DNA of 64,000 bases. Origin: Armatimonadota bacterium (lineage in GTDB: Bacteria; Armatimonadota; UBA5829; DSUL01). This document shows, piece after piece, positions 39,876-50,408 of the stretch. A program made the translations under genes and the position numbers. Position 1 is the stretch's first letter, and every line of letters starts with the position of its first letter. Under the pieces are notes generated by a model. The model was not told the origin of the DNA. It was given only the letters and a program-made list of their open reading frames with translations, and ran no database searches. Where the stretch lies: NCBI GenBank assembly GCA_039811685.1, contig JBDHZC010000002.1, forward strand, positions 96,001 through 160,000. Direction: 5' to 3'.

Positions 39876-39898
39876 AGAAATATGAAAAAAGTTTTTTG

Positions 39899-42655
39899 CT
39901 ATCTTTTTCGCACACTCAAGTGCCGCACATACGGCAGGCTTCCACTCTCACGAAACGGTTTTCCGGAGCGCTCAAAATCCGCATACAGCAGGTAGTCTCC
40001 CGGCTCCTCCGGCGCGACGCCCCCAATAGCTGTGAGCAGCGCTTCACCCGGCGCTACTTTCTGTCCGGTTCGGACAGCGCAGGCAGTGTTCCAGTCTTCC
40101 GCTCTGGCTATCCCCCAGCGCAGCGCACAGTCCTCTCCCCACGTATCCCAGCCGTTGTTGCGCACTCCGATTTCAAAGGAAAAGGATTGTCCGGCGGCGA
40201 TTTCTGAACCCAGTGTGTCAAAGCTCCAGGCGGCCCGGGAGCCGTTAGTCCCGCCCAGGCTGTGCCTGAGCAGGTAGTAGAAGGTGTAAGGGTCCACAAG
40301 CGCATACGGCCGATCCGGCTGAAGCCCCTGAGCTCTGGTGATAAGCTGAGTCACATAGTCAGGACCGAGCAGAATGATGCGAAACGCCAAAAACTGCTCT
40401 CCCTGACGCCGATGCTGCGCCATCATAGCAGCGGATGCCTCCACATTGGCGTCCAGGTCCCCATAGATCAGTGCGACAGGCATCCCTGCGGTGAGATGGT
40501 TGTCTCCACGGTTCCAGTGCGGCTGCGTCGCCGTGCCGTCAGGGCTGAAACGCGCCGTCATTCGCTCAGCGCCTTCGGTCAACTGTCCCGCATGTCCGTT
40601 GATCAAGAAACCAGTGATGGAGTAGTCGAACTGACGGAAGAAGCGCTGGCAGTGTTCAACCCACAGATCTTCTGCGGACGGCAGGCCGGAGATCGGACGC
40701 GGCGATTGAAGTACAGTCGGGTTAACGTAGCCCGCCCCGGAGTCACCGGCTGTAAGGAAGTCCTGCGGTGTCTTGTTTTCGAACGCAAAGTGCAATCCGG
40801 GGGCCAGCCGCTCTGATAGATTCGGGTTGAAAGCCCAGCCCATCGGCACGCTTCCCCTGGTGGACTGCGCCCAGAGATCCTGCTCCCTGTGATACAGCCA
40901 CGCTGCCGAATCGAAGTCTCCCACGTACATCAGCGTAAAGCCCAGTGGGGCCAGGGCGCCGTCTTTGTCCATATAGCCCCTCTTACGAAGCTCGAGCGGA
41001 CTCGGCGCGGGGTTCTGGAGATAGCGCTCCGGCAGAGGCATCCACGACCAGAAGGACGCATTGGCCATCGCCGAAGTACCGATGGCATCGGCATCCAGGT
41101 AGGCGTTGTACGCAGAAAGAATACGCACAACCTCCCACTCCGTGTGGACTGCGTGGTGTTTGCCCGGCGGGTTTGAGATTTCCGTGTATTTGTGCGCCCA
41201 GGGCGTGAAACCAGAGACGTGAATCAGATGCCCCTTCGCCTGATTGCAGGCGCTTGCCATTATGCTTTTGAACGTCTCCAGGTCCGTCCCGAGCTTCTGG
41301 CCTGGATCGTCCTGCGGCGTCTCATCATCCCAATTCGAGAGATCGAATACAAAGCCTCGATGTTTTGTGATCCAGTCGTGATTGCTCAGGCAATGCTCCC
41401 ACCAGGGCAGACGGCCCGGGTTGGTCAGCCAGAAAGCATCCAGCCAGTAGCCGAGCTTTCGAGCGTTACAGCGGCCTGTATCCAGATAGCGCTCCCTGGC
41501 CCAGATGTAAGCGTCACACTTTGCGCTCCCGGTGGAGGGCTCAGACGTCTCCCAGATTGTCCCGGAGCCCTTGAAGCGCCCGCGCAAGTCCAGTTTCACA
41601 TTCAGCCCAGCCTCGCCAAACGCGCGGCCGAGCAGGCTCTGCGTGGAGCGTACTGGCAGGAGATCTTCAACACCTGAGGCGGTAGTGGCGACGTTTGACG
41701 TTGCGTTGACGTTCTCATCCCAGACGACAAGCCCGTTCACCGCATCTGGAAAGCGCTTCAAAACATCGACAATGGCCTGCTCCGGGTTGCCCTCGGATTT
41801 GACGGTCGTGAAGGTGGCCTTTTCCAGCCAAGCGCCCTGTTTGCGCAGATACGCAAGCCACTCGTCGTCCTGCGGCATAAGCCGTACGGCCATACGGGGA
41901 CGGGGGCGATTGACGATGCCCTGAAGACACGCTGCGGCGTGCAAAAGTTCGTACATGCGCACAGAGTTCTCAGAGTTGTTCTGAATATCCCATGATCCGA
42001 CCTCAGAGATGTCCAGCACGACGATTTCGCCTGTCTCCTGCGGAGAACGCCAGACGAAAAAGCGAGACGCCGCAGACGCTTTGCTTATGTGGCTCTCGGC
42101 GCGTACCTGCACGCTGTGGAGCCCGGACTTCACGTCCAGAAAGACCTCCTGCTCTCCAGCCTTCAGCTCAATCTGAACAGCCTGGTCATCTACACGGACT
42201 TCCAGTGATCCCAACTCGGAGCCAGGCGCGACTTCTGCGTCCCACCGCACGCGGACACGCGGACCGATGACTCTTCCCGCGTCTATTGGCTCGAGCAGCC
42301 TCACGACAGGTGAAGGCGGAGTCTGAAAAGCGCTCTGCTGTGACCAGTCACTCCAGTGCCCATCCACCAGCACCCGCACCCTTGCGCTGAAAGCGGAAGA
42401 ACCCGGCAGCGTGGCGCACCGCGTGCGGTACTCGCGGCTGCTCATCTCTCCAGAGTCCCACACGACGCCCTGCTCGCTCTGAACCTGCGCCTGCCACTTG
42501 TCGTGCGGAGGTCCGATGAAGGCGACCCACGGCTGCAGCGTATCAATGACGCCTTCAGGATAGCTCACGCGCAGGTCGTCAGCACTTTTTGCCGAAGCCC
42601 GGCTGCCCAGGCAAAGCGCAAAGCAAAGAGCGGTCAGAATTGTCACATACATCAT
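39899..42655 (-). CDS. Secreted GxGYxYP-family putative glycoside hydrolase with Fn3/Ig-like domains
   Basis: Signal peptide; WSDWS (Fn3-like); LQGIVNR, YVGDFDS, PMGWAFNP, GDSGAGYVNP; C-terminal VRNNG..TW Ig-like module. Confidence 0.75.
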   Translation of the reverse strand: MMYVTILTALCFALCLGSRASAKSADDLRVSYPEGVIDTLQPWVAFIGPPHDKWQAQVQSEQGVVWDSGEMSSREYRTRCATLPGSSAFSARVRVLVDGHWSDWSQQSAFQTPPSPVVRLLEPIDAGRVIGPRVRVRWDAEVAPGSELGSLEVRVDDQAVQIELKAGEQEVFLDVKSGLHSVQVRAESHISKASAASRFFVWRSPQETGEIVVLDISEVGSWDIQNNSENSVRMYELLHAAACLQGIVNRPRPRMAVRLMPQDDEWLAYLRKQGAWLEKATFTTVKSEGNPEQAIVDVLKRFPDAVNGLVVWDENVNATSNVATTASGVEDLLPVRSTQSLLGRAFGEAGLNVKLDLRGRFKGSGTIWETSEPSTGSAKCDAYIWARERYLDTGRCNARKLGYWLDAFWLTNPGRLPWWEHCLSNHDWITKHRGFVFDLSNWDDETPQDDPGQKLGTDLETFKSIMASACNQAKGHLIHVSGFTPWAHKYTEISNPPGKHHAVHTEWEVVRILSAYNAYLDADAIGTSAMANASFWSWMPLPERYLQNPAPSPLELRKRGYMDKDGALAPLGFTLMYVGDFDSAAWLYHREQDLWAQSTRGSVPMGWAFNPNLSERLAPGLHFAFENKTPQDFLTAGDSGAGYVNPTVLQSPRPISGLPSAEDLWVEHCQRFFRQFDYSITGFLINGHAGQLTEGAERMTARFSPDGTATQPHWNRGDNHLTAGMPVALIYGDLDANVEASAAMMAQHRRQGEQFLAFRIILLGPDYVTQLITRAQGLQPDRPYALVDPYTFYYLLRHSLGGTNGSRAAWSFDTLGSEIAAGQSFSFEIGVRNNGWDTWGEDCALRWGIARAEDWNTACAVRTGQKVAPGEALLTAIGGVAPEEPGDYLLYADFERSGKPFRESGSLPYVRHLSVRKR

Positions 42656-42712
42656 TTGGCCAGAGTGTCTCCAGTGAGTTTGATGGGAACAAAGAGAAGT
42701 CTTCTGCGCAGT

Positions 42713-44053
42713 TCAAAGCTGAGCTTCGATAGCGGCAAGCTGTACAGGCCGGCTGCCAGAGTCCTCCGCAACGCACAGCCCCGGAACCCAGACGATTGTC
42801 TCCCCGGCACACACAATCGGAATGCGCCGGCGCTGCTCTGCCGGAACTTTGGCATCGACAAACAGGTCCTGGAGCTTCTTGGTTCCGCCCAGCCCGCGTG
42901 GGCGCATCCGGTCTCCGGGTCGCCAGCTTCGCGCGCGCAGGTTGTCGTCCGCCACGCGCACCTGCGCCTTCCATGCGCTGTCAGGAACATCCTCCGCATT
43001 TACAAACAGGGTAATCTGCGCTTCCCGGATATCCAAAGACCCAGCGCCCGGTAGAGGGTAGTCAAACGGTTCCGGTTCAGGGAGCGCCAGACTCAGAGCC
43101 AGGACGCCAGCATCTACGCTGACGGAGACTCCCAACCCAATATCTTCAGGAGGTGACTCCGGGCGCTGCGCCGCGGCCAGACAGCGATCGACCATTTCTA
43201 AGGAGACGTCACGCGTATGACCCAGCAGACCCTCCAGAGCGCACCGGACTGCCCTTCGCGCAAGGGCCGGGCGCTCGGTTGACAGGCGGCTCGCGTCAAG
43301 AGCGCGCAAATGCTCGCAAGCCTCAACCAGCGCAGACTCATACGCCTTCTGTCCGAACTCTGCAAGCAGGTCGTCTTCCAGGCTGGCTACATCAGCCAGA
43401 CGGCACAGAGACGTAGTCAGCGCGGGGTTTATCTGCTTTCTGATAAGCGGCATCACTTCAAGGCGCAGAAGGTTGCGCGCATATCTAGGCGAGGTATTGG
43501 AGAGGTCTTCCCGCCACGCCTGGCCGTGCGCGTGCAGGAAGGACACAATCTCCCGCCGCGTACGTCTCAGCAACGCCCTGCGATACTGCCCCCGTCGCCA
43601 GTCCATTCCGCGAGCCCCCCGCAACCCGGCGCCCCGGACAATGTTGAGCAGCACGGTCTCCGCACGGTCGTCCGCCGTGTGCCCGGTAGCGATAACGCTG
43701 CAGTCCATTGCCTTTGCCGCACTTTCCAGAAAAGCCAGCCTCTCCTTCCTTGCGTCGTCTTCAGAGGAGCTACTGTCCAGTTTGTCACTCGCGCCAATCT
43801 GAAGCGGAACTCCCAGGCGCGCGCACAGATCGTCCACAAAATCTGCGTCCGCGCCGCTGTCTGACCGCATCCGATGATCGAAATGCGCCGCTCGAATCTC
43901 CACATCCAACTCTCCGGCAAGCTCCTGAAGCGCAAGCAGCAGAGCCGTACTGTCCGCTCCTCCAGACACCGCCGCCAGAATACGGTCGCCGGTCTCAAAC
44001 AGCTTATGACGCTCAATGTCGCTTTGCACGCGCTGCGAAAAGGGTGTGATCAT
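42713..44053 (-). CDS. tilS: tRNA(Ile)-lysidine synthetase
   Basis: AVSGGADS, HFDH, ATGHTADDRAET, EDLSN, YARN..R, C-terminal KKLQDLFVDAKVP. Confidence 0.95.
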   Translation of the reverse strand: MITPFSQRVQSDIERHKLFETGDRILAAVSGGADSTALLLALQELAGELDVEIRAAHFDHRMRSDSGADADFVDDLCARLGVPLQIGASDKLDSSSSEDDARKERLAFLESAAKAMDCSVIATGHTADDRAETVLLNIVRGAGLRGARGMDWRRGQYRRALLRRTRREIVSFLHAHGQAWREDLSNTSPRYARNLLRLEVMPLIRKQINPALTTSLCRLADVASLEDDLLAEFGQKAYESALVEACEHLRALDASRLSTERPALARRAVRCALEGLLGHTRDVSLEMVDRCLAAAQRPESPPEDIGLGVSVSVDAGVLALSLALPEPEPFDYPLPGAGSLDIREAQITLFVNAEDVPDSAWKAQVRVADDNLRARSWRPGDRMRPRGLGGTKKLQDLFVDAKVPAEQRRRIPIVCAGETIVWVPGLCVAEDSGSRPVQLAAIEAQL

Positions 44054-44233
44054 GGAAGTCCATTCCTGCGCTGTAAGACGTGTCCGAAGTGAGTCAGTTT
44101 TGCGTATAATGCTGATAGAGACATAAGAGATACACTCACCACTCCTGGCGTCGCCACGAACACCGGGAGAGTTGTTTTGCTCTCAGATCCACAGCGCTTC
44201 CACAGGCGCGGTGGGAGAGGATGTTGCACGAAT

Positions 44234-45121
44234 ATGTTAGCTGAAGAATCCACCTGGAGAACAAAAGTCGGGCTGGCCGAAATGCTTCGCGGCGGCGTCA
44301 TAATGGACGTCACAAACGTGGAGCAGGCGAAAATCGCGGAAGACGCCGGAGCAGTTTCTGTTATGGCTCTGGAGCGCGTCCCCTCGGACATCCGCAAAGA
44401 CGGCGGCGTGGCCCGGATGTCTGACCCGGACATGATTGTACGGATTATGGACGCTGTGAGCATCCCTGTCATGGCGAAGTGCCGTATCGGGCACTTCGGT
44501 GAAGCCCAGGTGCTTGAGGCTATCGGCGTGGACTTCATTGACGAATCGGAAGTGCTGACGCCGGCTGACGAAGAAAACCACGTGGATAAGCACCAGTTCA
44601 AGGTGCCTTTTGTGTGCGGATGCCGCAATCTGGGTGAAGCGCTGCGCAGAATCGGCGAAGGAGCGGCGATGATCCGGACGAAAGGCGAAGCGGGCTCGGG
44701 TAACGTCGTGGAAGCGGTGCGGCACATGCGCACGGTTATCAAGGAGATGCGCGCAATCCAGGCGCTGCGCTCTGATGAGTTGATGGCTGTAGCCAAGAAT
44801 CTCCAGGCGCCTTATGAGCAGGTGAGCTACATTCACGAGCACGGGAAGCTCCCTGTCCCCAACTTCAGCGCCGGAGGAATCGCCACACCCGCTGACGCTG
44901 CGATGATGATGCAGCTTGGCGCGGAGACGGTTTTTGTCGGCAGCGGTATCTTCAAGAGCTCCGATCCGGTGAAATACGCTCGCGCCATTGTGCTCGCGAC
45001 CCAGCACTACGAAGACCCGGGAGAAGTCGCCAGGGTTTCCAAAGGCTTGCCAAAGGCGATGGAGGGTCTCGACGTTCGCCAGATGGATGAGAGCGAGCTG
45101 ATGGCCACACGCGGCTGGTAA
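44234..45121 (+). CDS. pdxS: Pyridoxal 5'-phosphate synthase lyase subunit
   Basis: [50 protein letters not shown]. Confidence 0.97.
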   Translation: MLAEESTWRTKVGLAEMLRGGVIMDVTNVEQAKIAEDAGAVSVMALERVPSDIRKDGGVARMSDPDMIVRIMDAVSIPVMAKCRIGHFGEAQVLEAIGVDFIDESEVLTPADEENHVDKHQFKVPFVCGCRNLGEALRRIGEGAAMIRTKGEAGSGNVVEAVRHMRTVIKEMRAIQALRSDELMAVAKNLQAPYEQVSYIHEHGKLPVPNFSAGGIATPADAAMMMQLGAETVFVGSGIFKSSDPVKYARAIVLATQHYEDPGEVARVSKGLPKAMEGLDVRQMDESELMATRGW

Positions 45122-45144
45122 GCGGCGCAGAGGGAGAGACAGCA

Positions 45145-45765
45145 CTGACCTGCGAACAGTCTCTACCGCCGCCCGGAGACACGCTCGAGCCAGTTATCGG
45201 AGTGCTGGACTTTCAGGGAGACGTCCGGGAGCATGTCGCGGTTCTGGATGCGTTGAAGACACCATCAGTGCGCGTGAAGCGCGAGGAGCAGCTTGAAACA
45301 GTAGCCGGACTGATCATCCCCGGGGGCGAAAGCACAACTATTGGCAATCTGCTGCGGCATTATGGCATGGACGAGGCTATCCGCCGGCGTCACGCGAAAG
45401 GGATGGCTGTTTTTGGCACGTGTGCAGGGCTGATCCTGATGGCCCGAGAGATTCAGGGCAGCCAGCAACCCCGCCTGGGATTGATGGACATCACCGCAGC
45501 CCGGAACGCTTTTGGGCGTCAGATTCAGAGCTTTGAAACTGATCTTTCCGTTCCCACTCTCGGCGAGGCGCCACTGCGCGCAGTCTTCATTCGCGCGCCT
45601 TATGTTTCAAGAGTGGGCGAGGGAGTCGAGACTCTGGCGACATTCAGAAACAGAATCGTCCTGGTGCGGCAGAGCAACCTGCTGGCGGCCGCGTTTCATC
45701 CGGAGTTGGTTGGTGAAACGCGCGCGCATCGGCTGTTTGTAGACATTGTGCGCGGACGCGCGTAG
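45145..45765 (+). CDS. pdxT: Pyridoxal 5'-phosphate synthase glutaminase subunit
   Basis: IGVLDFQG, PGGEST, GTCAG, RNAFGRQ, FIRAP, FHPE. Start may be CTG 45145; the first canonical start, GTG 45202, falls inside the first conserved strand. Confidence 0.93.
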   Translation: MTCEQSLPPPGDTLEPVIGVLDFQGDVREHVAVLDALKTPSVRVKREEQLETVAGLIIPGGESTTIGNLLRHYGMDEAIRRRHAKGMAVFGTCAGLILMAREIQGSQQPRLGLMDITAARNAFGRQIQSFETDLSVPTLGEAPLRAVFIRAPYVSRVGEGVETLATFRNRIVLVRQSNLLAAAFHPELVGETRAHRLFVDIVRGRA

Positions 45766-45775
45766 AGAGGCGCAC

Positions 45776-46927
45776 GTGAGTGAGGCGAGAGTCGTGAGAG
45801 CCCGAGCTGTCTTGCTGGCCGTGACAGGCTTCTTGATTTCACCTGCGCTCTCGGGGTGCGGCCATCATCCTTCTACCTCCGAACCCCAGCCTTCGCGCAT
45901 CTCCGTTCTCTACACATCCGCTGCTCCTGACGTCCAACAGTTGATGGTAGCCCCGGACGGTCAGGCAGCCGGTTACCTGGACAAAGGCGGGACGGTGCAT
46001 TTGTTTCAAGCAGACGGACGCCAGGCACTGCAATACGAAGAGAAGGGCGCCGCCTTCGCTGCTTTGAGCAATTCAGCCGAACGCTGTGTGCTGGCGCAGA
46101 AGCTGCGTCGCGGATGGGCGATCAAGATTATCACTCTCCAGGGCGAAACAGTATGGCGTCAGACAATGAGTGATACTCTGCTGGATGTAGCAATTACTCC
46201 TGACGGGCAAAGTGCTTTTGCTACAACGGACGGCCAGCGGATGTACGTCATCGATTTGTCCAGTTCTCCGAGGTGGCGTCGTATCCGGACAGACTACACG
46301 CTCAGCCGTCTGCGGTACGATCCGGTAGCTGGAGCACTGCTGGTTCAAACGACTCAGCCGATGGGCTTCGGCATGTGCACGCCCGAAGGAAAGATCCGTT
46401 GGTGGCAACCCCAGCGGATTGGGAAATTTCACCTGTCCTTCGGGGCTGAGGGCGCTGTCATCCTGACAGTGCTGGAGCATCTTTCCCCAAGACCTGGTGT
46501 GAATGTGACTGCGTACAACGCCGCCGGCAGACAGCTCTTTACCCGCTCCATTGAAGGATATGACCCGCGCGCGGCGATTTCCGCCGACGGCAAGGCGATC
46601 GCTGTCAGCTTCAGGCGGAAGCTGGCGCACAAGGATAAATCTGTAATGGAGCGCAGAGTTGCGCTCTGGGACATAAGCGGACGCACAGTCTGGGAGCAGG
46701 GAGGGCTGTTCTTTAAGCCTGTGCTTCAGGGTCTGACGGATTCACCTTTCGGCGTACTTCTTGCGGAGGATTACACGCTGCTGTCTGCCGTGGATGGTAA
46801 AGGACGCCTGGCCTGGCGCGGGCCGGAATTACCAGGGCGGATAGTGGGCTTAACACATGACGATGCGTGGAAGATAGCGTGGGCGCAGTACACTAACGGA
46901 ACGCTTGAGTTGTGGCGGCCCGGCTGA
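45776..46927 (+). CDS. Lipoprotein with beta-propeller (WD40/PQQ-like) repeats
   Basis: Lipobox LSG-C; repeats such as VAPDG, ITPDG, ISADG, G..VW. Confidence 0.65.
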   Translation: MSEARVVRARAVLLAVTGFLISPALSGCGHHPSTSEPQPSRISVLYTSAAPDVQQLMVAPDGQAAGYLDKGGTVHLFQADGRQALQYEEKGAAFAALSNSAERCVLAQKLRRGWAIKIITLQGETVWRQTMSDTLLDVAITPDGQSAFATTDGQRMYVIDLSSSPRWRRIRTDYTLSRLRYDPVAGALLVQTTQPMGFGMCTPEGKIRWWQPQRIGKFHLSFGAEGAVILTVLEHLSPRPGVNVTAYNAAGRQLFTRSIEGYDPRAAISADGKAIAVSFRRKLAHKDKSVMERRVALWDISGRTVWEQGGLFFKPVLQGLTDSPFGVLLAEDYTLLSAVDGKGRLAWRGPELPGRIVGLTHDDAWKIAWAQYTNGTLELWRPG

Positions 46928-46943
46928 GAGGGATTATTGCGGC

Positions 46944-47804
46944 ATGCGCTGGGCCAGACTGACAGTTGAAACCAAACCCGATACCGAAGAAGCCGTCGCT
47001 TTCATTTTGACGGAGGCGTGCGGAGGCGTGAGTATCGCGCAAGACTGTATAAACGCGTGGCTTCCTCTGGACGACCGCCTGGAACCAACTCTTCTCCGGG
47101 TGAGAGACAGGCTGGACGAAATAGAGGGCGCGAGATCGGGCGATAGGGCTGGCTCGACGCTGAGCGTTACCCCTGTGGAAGATGACAACTGGACGCTTGC
47201 CTACCGGGAGTTTTTCCGCCCGGTGCAGGCAGGAAGATTCTGGATCAAGCCTCCATGGAGCACTGAGGACGACGATCTGCAGCCGAAGGATTCTATCGCG
47301 CTGATCCTCGATCCGGGCATGGCTTTTGGAACAGGGCATCATCCGACGACGCAGATGATGCTCGAGGCGCTCTCTGAGAACCCGCCGCAACACCGGAGCG
47401 TACTGGACGTTGGCGCGGGAAGCGCGGTTCTCAGTATCGCGGCTGCCAGGCTGGGCGCTTCTCGCGTGGTCGCCGTGGAAGTGGACCCGGTTGCCGAAGA
47501 GAATGCGCGCCTCAACATCGCGCTCAATTCGGTGGAGTCACAGGTGGAGTACAAGGTTCAGGATGGGCCACCAGGGGAAGAATGCGTTTTCGACCTGGCG
47601 TTGATGAACATTGTCGCAAGCGTCATTGCGCGTCTGGCGCCTGCGGTGGAACGCACTCTCAAAAGTGGCGCGTTGCTCGCCTGCTCCGGAGTGATTGAAG
47701 AAAGGGCGGAAGAAGTCCGGCAGCGACTGATAGAGTGTGGATTTGTCCACGTTGAAACGCGTTCGAGCGCTGAATGGCGGGCGATTATCGCGCGCAAACG
47801 ATGA
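46944..47804 (+). CDS. prmA: Ribosomal protein L11 methyltransferase
   Basis: IKPPW, LDPGMAFGTGHHPTT, LDVGAGSAVL, SGVI; followed by rsmE. Confidence 0.93.
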   Translation: MRWARLTVETKPDTEEAVAFILTEACGGVSIAQDCINAWLPLDDRLEPTLLRVRDRLDEIEGARSGDRAGSTLSVTPVEDDNWTLAYREFFRPVQAGRFWIKPPWSTEDDDLQPKDSIALILDPGMAFGTGHHPTTQMMLEALSENPPQHRSVLDVGAGSAVLSIAAARLGASRVVAVEVDPVAEENARLNIALNSVESQVEYKVQDGPPGEECVFDLALMNIVASVIARLAPAVERTLKSGALLACSGVIEERAEEVRQRLIECGFVHVETRSSAEWRAIIARKR

Positions 47805-48556
47805 TGGATACTCCTCTCCAACTCTTCCGTCGCCTGACACGCGTGTTCGTTAGTCCCGAGTCAGTGACGGGCGATCAGGTGAAATTGGGGGAGGCACAGA
47901 CGCGCCATGTGTTACGCGTTCTGCGCAAGTCTGAAGGGGACCTGGTTGCAATTCTGGATGGGGCAGGCCGAGGATGGATAGCAACTCTGGAGAACTGCTC
48001 CAGGACCGGCGCTGTCGCAAGGCTTCTGGACGCAATCCCGAATCCAGATCAGGGGATGCGGCGTGTAGAGATCGTAATGCCTGCGCTGAAAGGTGAGCGG
48101 ATGGAGCTGGCGCTTCAGAAGTGCACGGAGATAGGTGTATGCGCCTTTCACATTGTGCCGATGGAGCGCAGCGTCGTGCGCATCGGAGAGGATACGGACA
48201 AAAAACTCAGCCGCTACGCAGCCGTAGTGACGGCAGCGGCGGAGCAGTGCGGCGCTTTTCTTGTCCCCTCCATCAAAATCTGGGCGAGCTCAGCAGAGTT
48301 TCTGAGTCACCCGGGGCCCACCCGGCGTTATATCGCATGGGAGGAGCAGGCTGCGGGCTTGCCGCCGGGGCTGACCAGCGCAAATGAGGACTGCCTGTTG
48401 GCAAGCGGGCCAGAAGGCGGACTGCCGGAGGCGGAAGTGGAGCGCTGGAAGGCAGCGAAATTCACTCCTGTAGGACTGGGACGCAGAGTTCTGCGGGCAG
48501 AAACGGCGCCAATAGTTCTGGCAGCTCTGGCCTTATGCGCAAATTCCGCCCCATGA
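47801..48556 (+). CDS. rsmE: 16S rRNA m3U1498 methyltransferase
   Basis: HVLRVLR, KCTEIGV, AAEQC, GPEGG, LGRRVLRAETA. Confidence 0.95.
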   Translation: MMDTPLQLFRRLTRVFVSPESVTGDQVKLGEAQTRHVLRVLRKSEGDLVAILDGAGRGWIATLENCSRTGAVARLLDAIPNPDQGMRRVEIVMPALKGERMELALQKCTEIGVCAFHIVPMERSVVRIGEDTDKKLSRYAAVVTAAAEQCGAFLVPSIKIWASSAEFLSHPGPTRRYIAWEEQAAGLPPGLTSANEDCLLASGPEGGLPEAEVERWKAAKFTPVGLGRRVLRAETAPIVLAALALCANSAP

Positions 48557-48617
48557 AGGCGCTTCACAGGGTATCATGAGTACGTAGGCGGCTTCCCAAA
48601 CAGGCGCCATCAGCGAT

Positions 48618-50408
48618 ATGCGTAAAACCAAAACTACAGAGTCCAACAATCCAAGAAGCACTGAGACGATTGCTCGGCAACCACAGGAAGACGATCAGGA
48701 CTTTGACGGAACGGAGCGGGCCGAACCCGAACGCTCCAATGGGCATCCGCACAACAGCGCAAGCTCCGGAGGGATGACCCAGAAGCAGCAGTTTGAGCAG
48801 TACTTCGGCAAACAGCTGGAGGTTACAGATGACCTTGAACAGCTCACTGCGATCATGCCCGCCGAAGTTCGGGAAGTCCTTGTTGCGCAGCCCGATCTGA
48901 AGGAGCTTTTTGAAGTCGTGCTCGATCTTGGCCGGCAACCAGAGGCGCGCTTTGCCAACCGTGTCATGTTCCTCAGCGAAGCTCCCGTGACGCACGAGCA
49001 GCTTGAGATGGTTGTGGAGCGTGTCGGTGAGTTTGGCAAAGACAACCGGGCCGGCATCGAGCGCACTCTCCACCGCATTTCCGCTATCCGCAATCGGCAG
49101 GGAAAGATTATCGGCCTGACCTGTCGCGTCGGGCGCGCTATTTTCGGGACAATTGACATCATCCGCGACGTTGTTGAGAGCGGCAAGAGCGTGCTTCTGC
49201 TCGGACGCCCCGGAGTTGGCAAGACAACCAAGCTGCGCGAGATCGCTCGCGTGCTGAGCGACGAATTCCTCAAACGTGTCGTGATCGTGGATACGTCAAA
49301 CGAGATCGGCGGCGATGGTGACGTTCCACATCCGGCCGTCGGGCGGGCCAGGAGAATGCAGGTGGTAACACCGGAGCTTCAACACGCAGTGATGATTGAG
49401 GCTGTGGAAAACCACATGCCAGAGTGCATTGTGATCGATGAGATTGGCGTGGAAGAAGAGACTTTCGCCGCCCGTACTATTGCCGAGCGCGGCGTCCAGC
49501 TTGTGGCGACGGCTCACGGCAACTCCCTGGAAAACCTTCTTCAGAACCCGACTCTCTCCGACCTGATTGGGGGGATCCAGGCGGTGACTCTCAGTGACGA
49601 AGAAGCGCGGCGACGCGGCACTCAGAAAACAGTGCTGGAGCGCAAAGCGCCGCCGACGTTTGACGTTCTCATTGAGATCATGGAGAAAGACAAACTGGCG
49701 ATCCACCACGACGTCAGCCGCGCCGTCGACGCCTTTCTGCGAGGCGCGACTCCACGCCCGGAGATCAGGATCCGCAATCCGCAGGGCGACGTAGAGGTCG
49801 TGCAGCAGGCAGACGCGGACGTGCGCATGGAGAGCGACGCTCGAGAGCGCTATAGAATTGGAAGAGACAGTGAACGGATGCGGGATCGCGGCAAGGAGCG
49901 ATTTGCTGCCCGGGGACGCGAGGAGACAGCAGAGCGTCCACGGCACCCATTGCCCGCGACCGTTCGCATTTTTCCCTACGGAGTAAGCCGAAATCGGCTG
50001 GAGCGAGCGATCCGCGAATTGCGCGTTCCTGCGCACATAACGAACGACGCACAGGACGCTGACGCAGTTATTGCGCTCAAGGCACACTTTCGGCGAGAGC
50101 CTCCACGCCTGCGTGACGCGCAGAAGCAGAACGTCGGGACTTTCGTGGTCAAGAGCAATACCTACACCCAGATTGCCAACACCGTGCGCGAAATGTTTTC
50201 GATGAGCAGCAACGAGGGAGAGGACGCGGCGCTGACCGAAGCGCGTGAGGCCATTGACCGTGTGCTGGAGTGCAGCGAACCCGTTGAGTTGATGCCCCAG
50301 TCGAGCTATGTCCGGCGACTGCAGCATCAGCTTGTCGAACAGCACGACCTGACATCCTCCAGCATTGGGACTGAACCGTTCCGCCGTGTGAGAATCACCA
50401 AGGCATGA
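48618..50408 (+). CDS. Ycf45/SpoIIIAA-like AAA ATPase with C-terminal R3H domain
   Basis: [48 protein letters not shown]...S.G.EP.RRV. Confidence 0.88.
   Translation: MRKTKTTESNNPRSTETIARQPQEDDQDFDGTERAEPERSNGHPHNSASSGGMTQKQQFEQYFGKQLEVTDDLEQLTAIMPAEVREVLVAQPDLKELFEVVLDLGRQPEARFANRVMFLSEAPVTHEQLEMVVERVGEFGKDNRAGIERTLHRISAIRNRQGKIIGLTCRVGRAIFGTIDIIRDVVESGKSVLLLGRPGVGKTTKLREIARVLSDEFLKRVVIVDTSNEIGGDGDVPHPAVGRARRMQVVTPELQHAVMIEAVENHMPECIVIDEIGVEEETFAARTIAERGVQLVATAHGNSLENLLQNPTLSDLIGGIQAVTLSDEEARRRGTQKTVLERKAPPTFDVLIEIMEKDKLAIHHDVSRAVDAFLRGATPRPEIRIRNPQGDVEVVQQADADVRMESDARERYRIGRDSERMRDRGKERFAARGREETAERPRHPLPATVRIFPYGVSRNRLERAIRELRVPAHITNDAQDADAVIALKAHFRREPPRLRDAQKQNVGTFVVKSNTYTQIANTVREMFSMSSNEGEDAALTEAREAIDRVLECSEPVELMPQSSYVRRLQHQLVEQHDLTSSSIGTEPFRRVRITKA

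Noticed and set aside
39827..40207. Plus-strand ORF after AGAAAGGAGG (type I toxin or peptide reading of the sRNA locus)
   Set aside because: The GTG abuts the SD, the ORF is antisense to a real gene, the copy-1 equivalent stops after 7 codons, and promoter and terminator polarity favour the minus strand.
44237..45145. Long antisense ORFs over pdxS (also over the Ycf45-like gene, anSME and tal/zwf)
   Set aside because: Shadow ORFs expected from GC-rich codon usage; no motifs or expression signals.
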